Assembly: GCA_024679065.1 (NCBI GenBank)
Contig: JAGIQG010000005.1
Span: 102,486,001 to 102,550,000 of the forward strand
Source of the DNA: Sphyrna mokarran
Taxonomy: Eukaryota
Length of the DNA: 64,000 bases
Reading direction: 5' to 3'
Part shown: one piece after another, positions 63,789 to 64,000 of the stretch
Numbering within the stretch: position 1 is the stretch's first letter
Layout of the letters: every line of letters starts with the position of its first letter
Translations under genes and position numbers: made by a program
The notes under the pieces: model-generated
What the model was told of the DNA's origin: nothing
The model's input: the letters and a program-made list of their open reading frames with translations, nothing else
Databases searched by the model: none

Positions 63789-64000
63789 TCATTTAATTTC
63801 CTCTTCATCCAAAAAATTACGTACATGTTTATCACCTTCAGCAGCATCTTCTTTATTACTGCCCTCTCCTGGTTGATATGTGAATTCCACAGCTGTGGCT
63901 CTGGGTACTTGCCCAGCAGCCTTTAGCCTTTCTTTATGTCGCTTCTTCTTCAATTTTCGCCTCTTATTTTTAGTCAATATTTCTGTTTCAGATTTTTCAG
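63789..64000 (-). CDS. ERICH1: Glutamate-rich protein 1 exon (partial, runs off the window edge; ends in TGA)
   Basis: Open frame EKSETEILTKNKRRKLKKKRHKERLKAAGQVPRATAVEFTYQPGEGSNKEDAAEGDKHVRNFLDEEEIK*. It matches the ERICH1 signature I recall (SKNKKRKLKKK...KAAG...A..(V/L)(S/E)F(M/T)YQP). The track's TTG 'start' is internal. Confidence 0.85.
   Translation of the reverse strand, partial: EKSETEILTKNKRRKLKKKRHKERLKAAGQVPRATAVEFTYQPGEGSNKEDAAEGDKHVRNFLDEEEIK

Noticed and set aside
1-64000. CRISPR arrays, operons, or prokaryotic defence/retron systems
   Set aside because: The sequence is vertebrate. The RTs are CR1/Rex1-type LINE enzymes and no regularly spaced repeats were seen.

Overview
Vertebrate, AT-rich, repeat-dense genomic DNA, almost certainly from a shark. 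The evidence is HE1/V-SINEs, Deu-domain SINE relics, abundant CR1 LINEs with (TTCTATG)n tails, Rex1 and Penelope-like elements. Only one host coding exon is recognisable: a minus-strand ERICH1 exon at the right edge (63789-64000+). It ends in a stop codon earlier than the bony-vertebrate protein. The rest looks like intergenic or intronic DNA downstream of ERICH1. It holds a young 5'-truncated CR1 with an intact RT ORF, a long decayed CR1 (esterase ORF1, endonuclease and RT), a decayed Gypsy LTR element, a Penelope GIY-YIG fragment, a Tigger-like fragment and many SINEs and MITE-like relics. The most unusual structures are short Penelope-derived fold-back elements with target-site duplications and decayed minimal hammerhead-ribozyme cores, and a perfect 22-bp hairpin. 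Most ORFs in the supplied track are spurious or TE-derived. I found no convincing wholly new multi-gene system. Family assignments come from recalled motifs, not database searches, and coordinates of old repeats are approximate.
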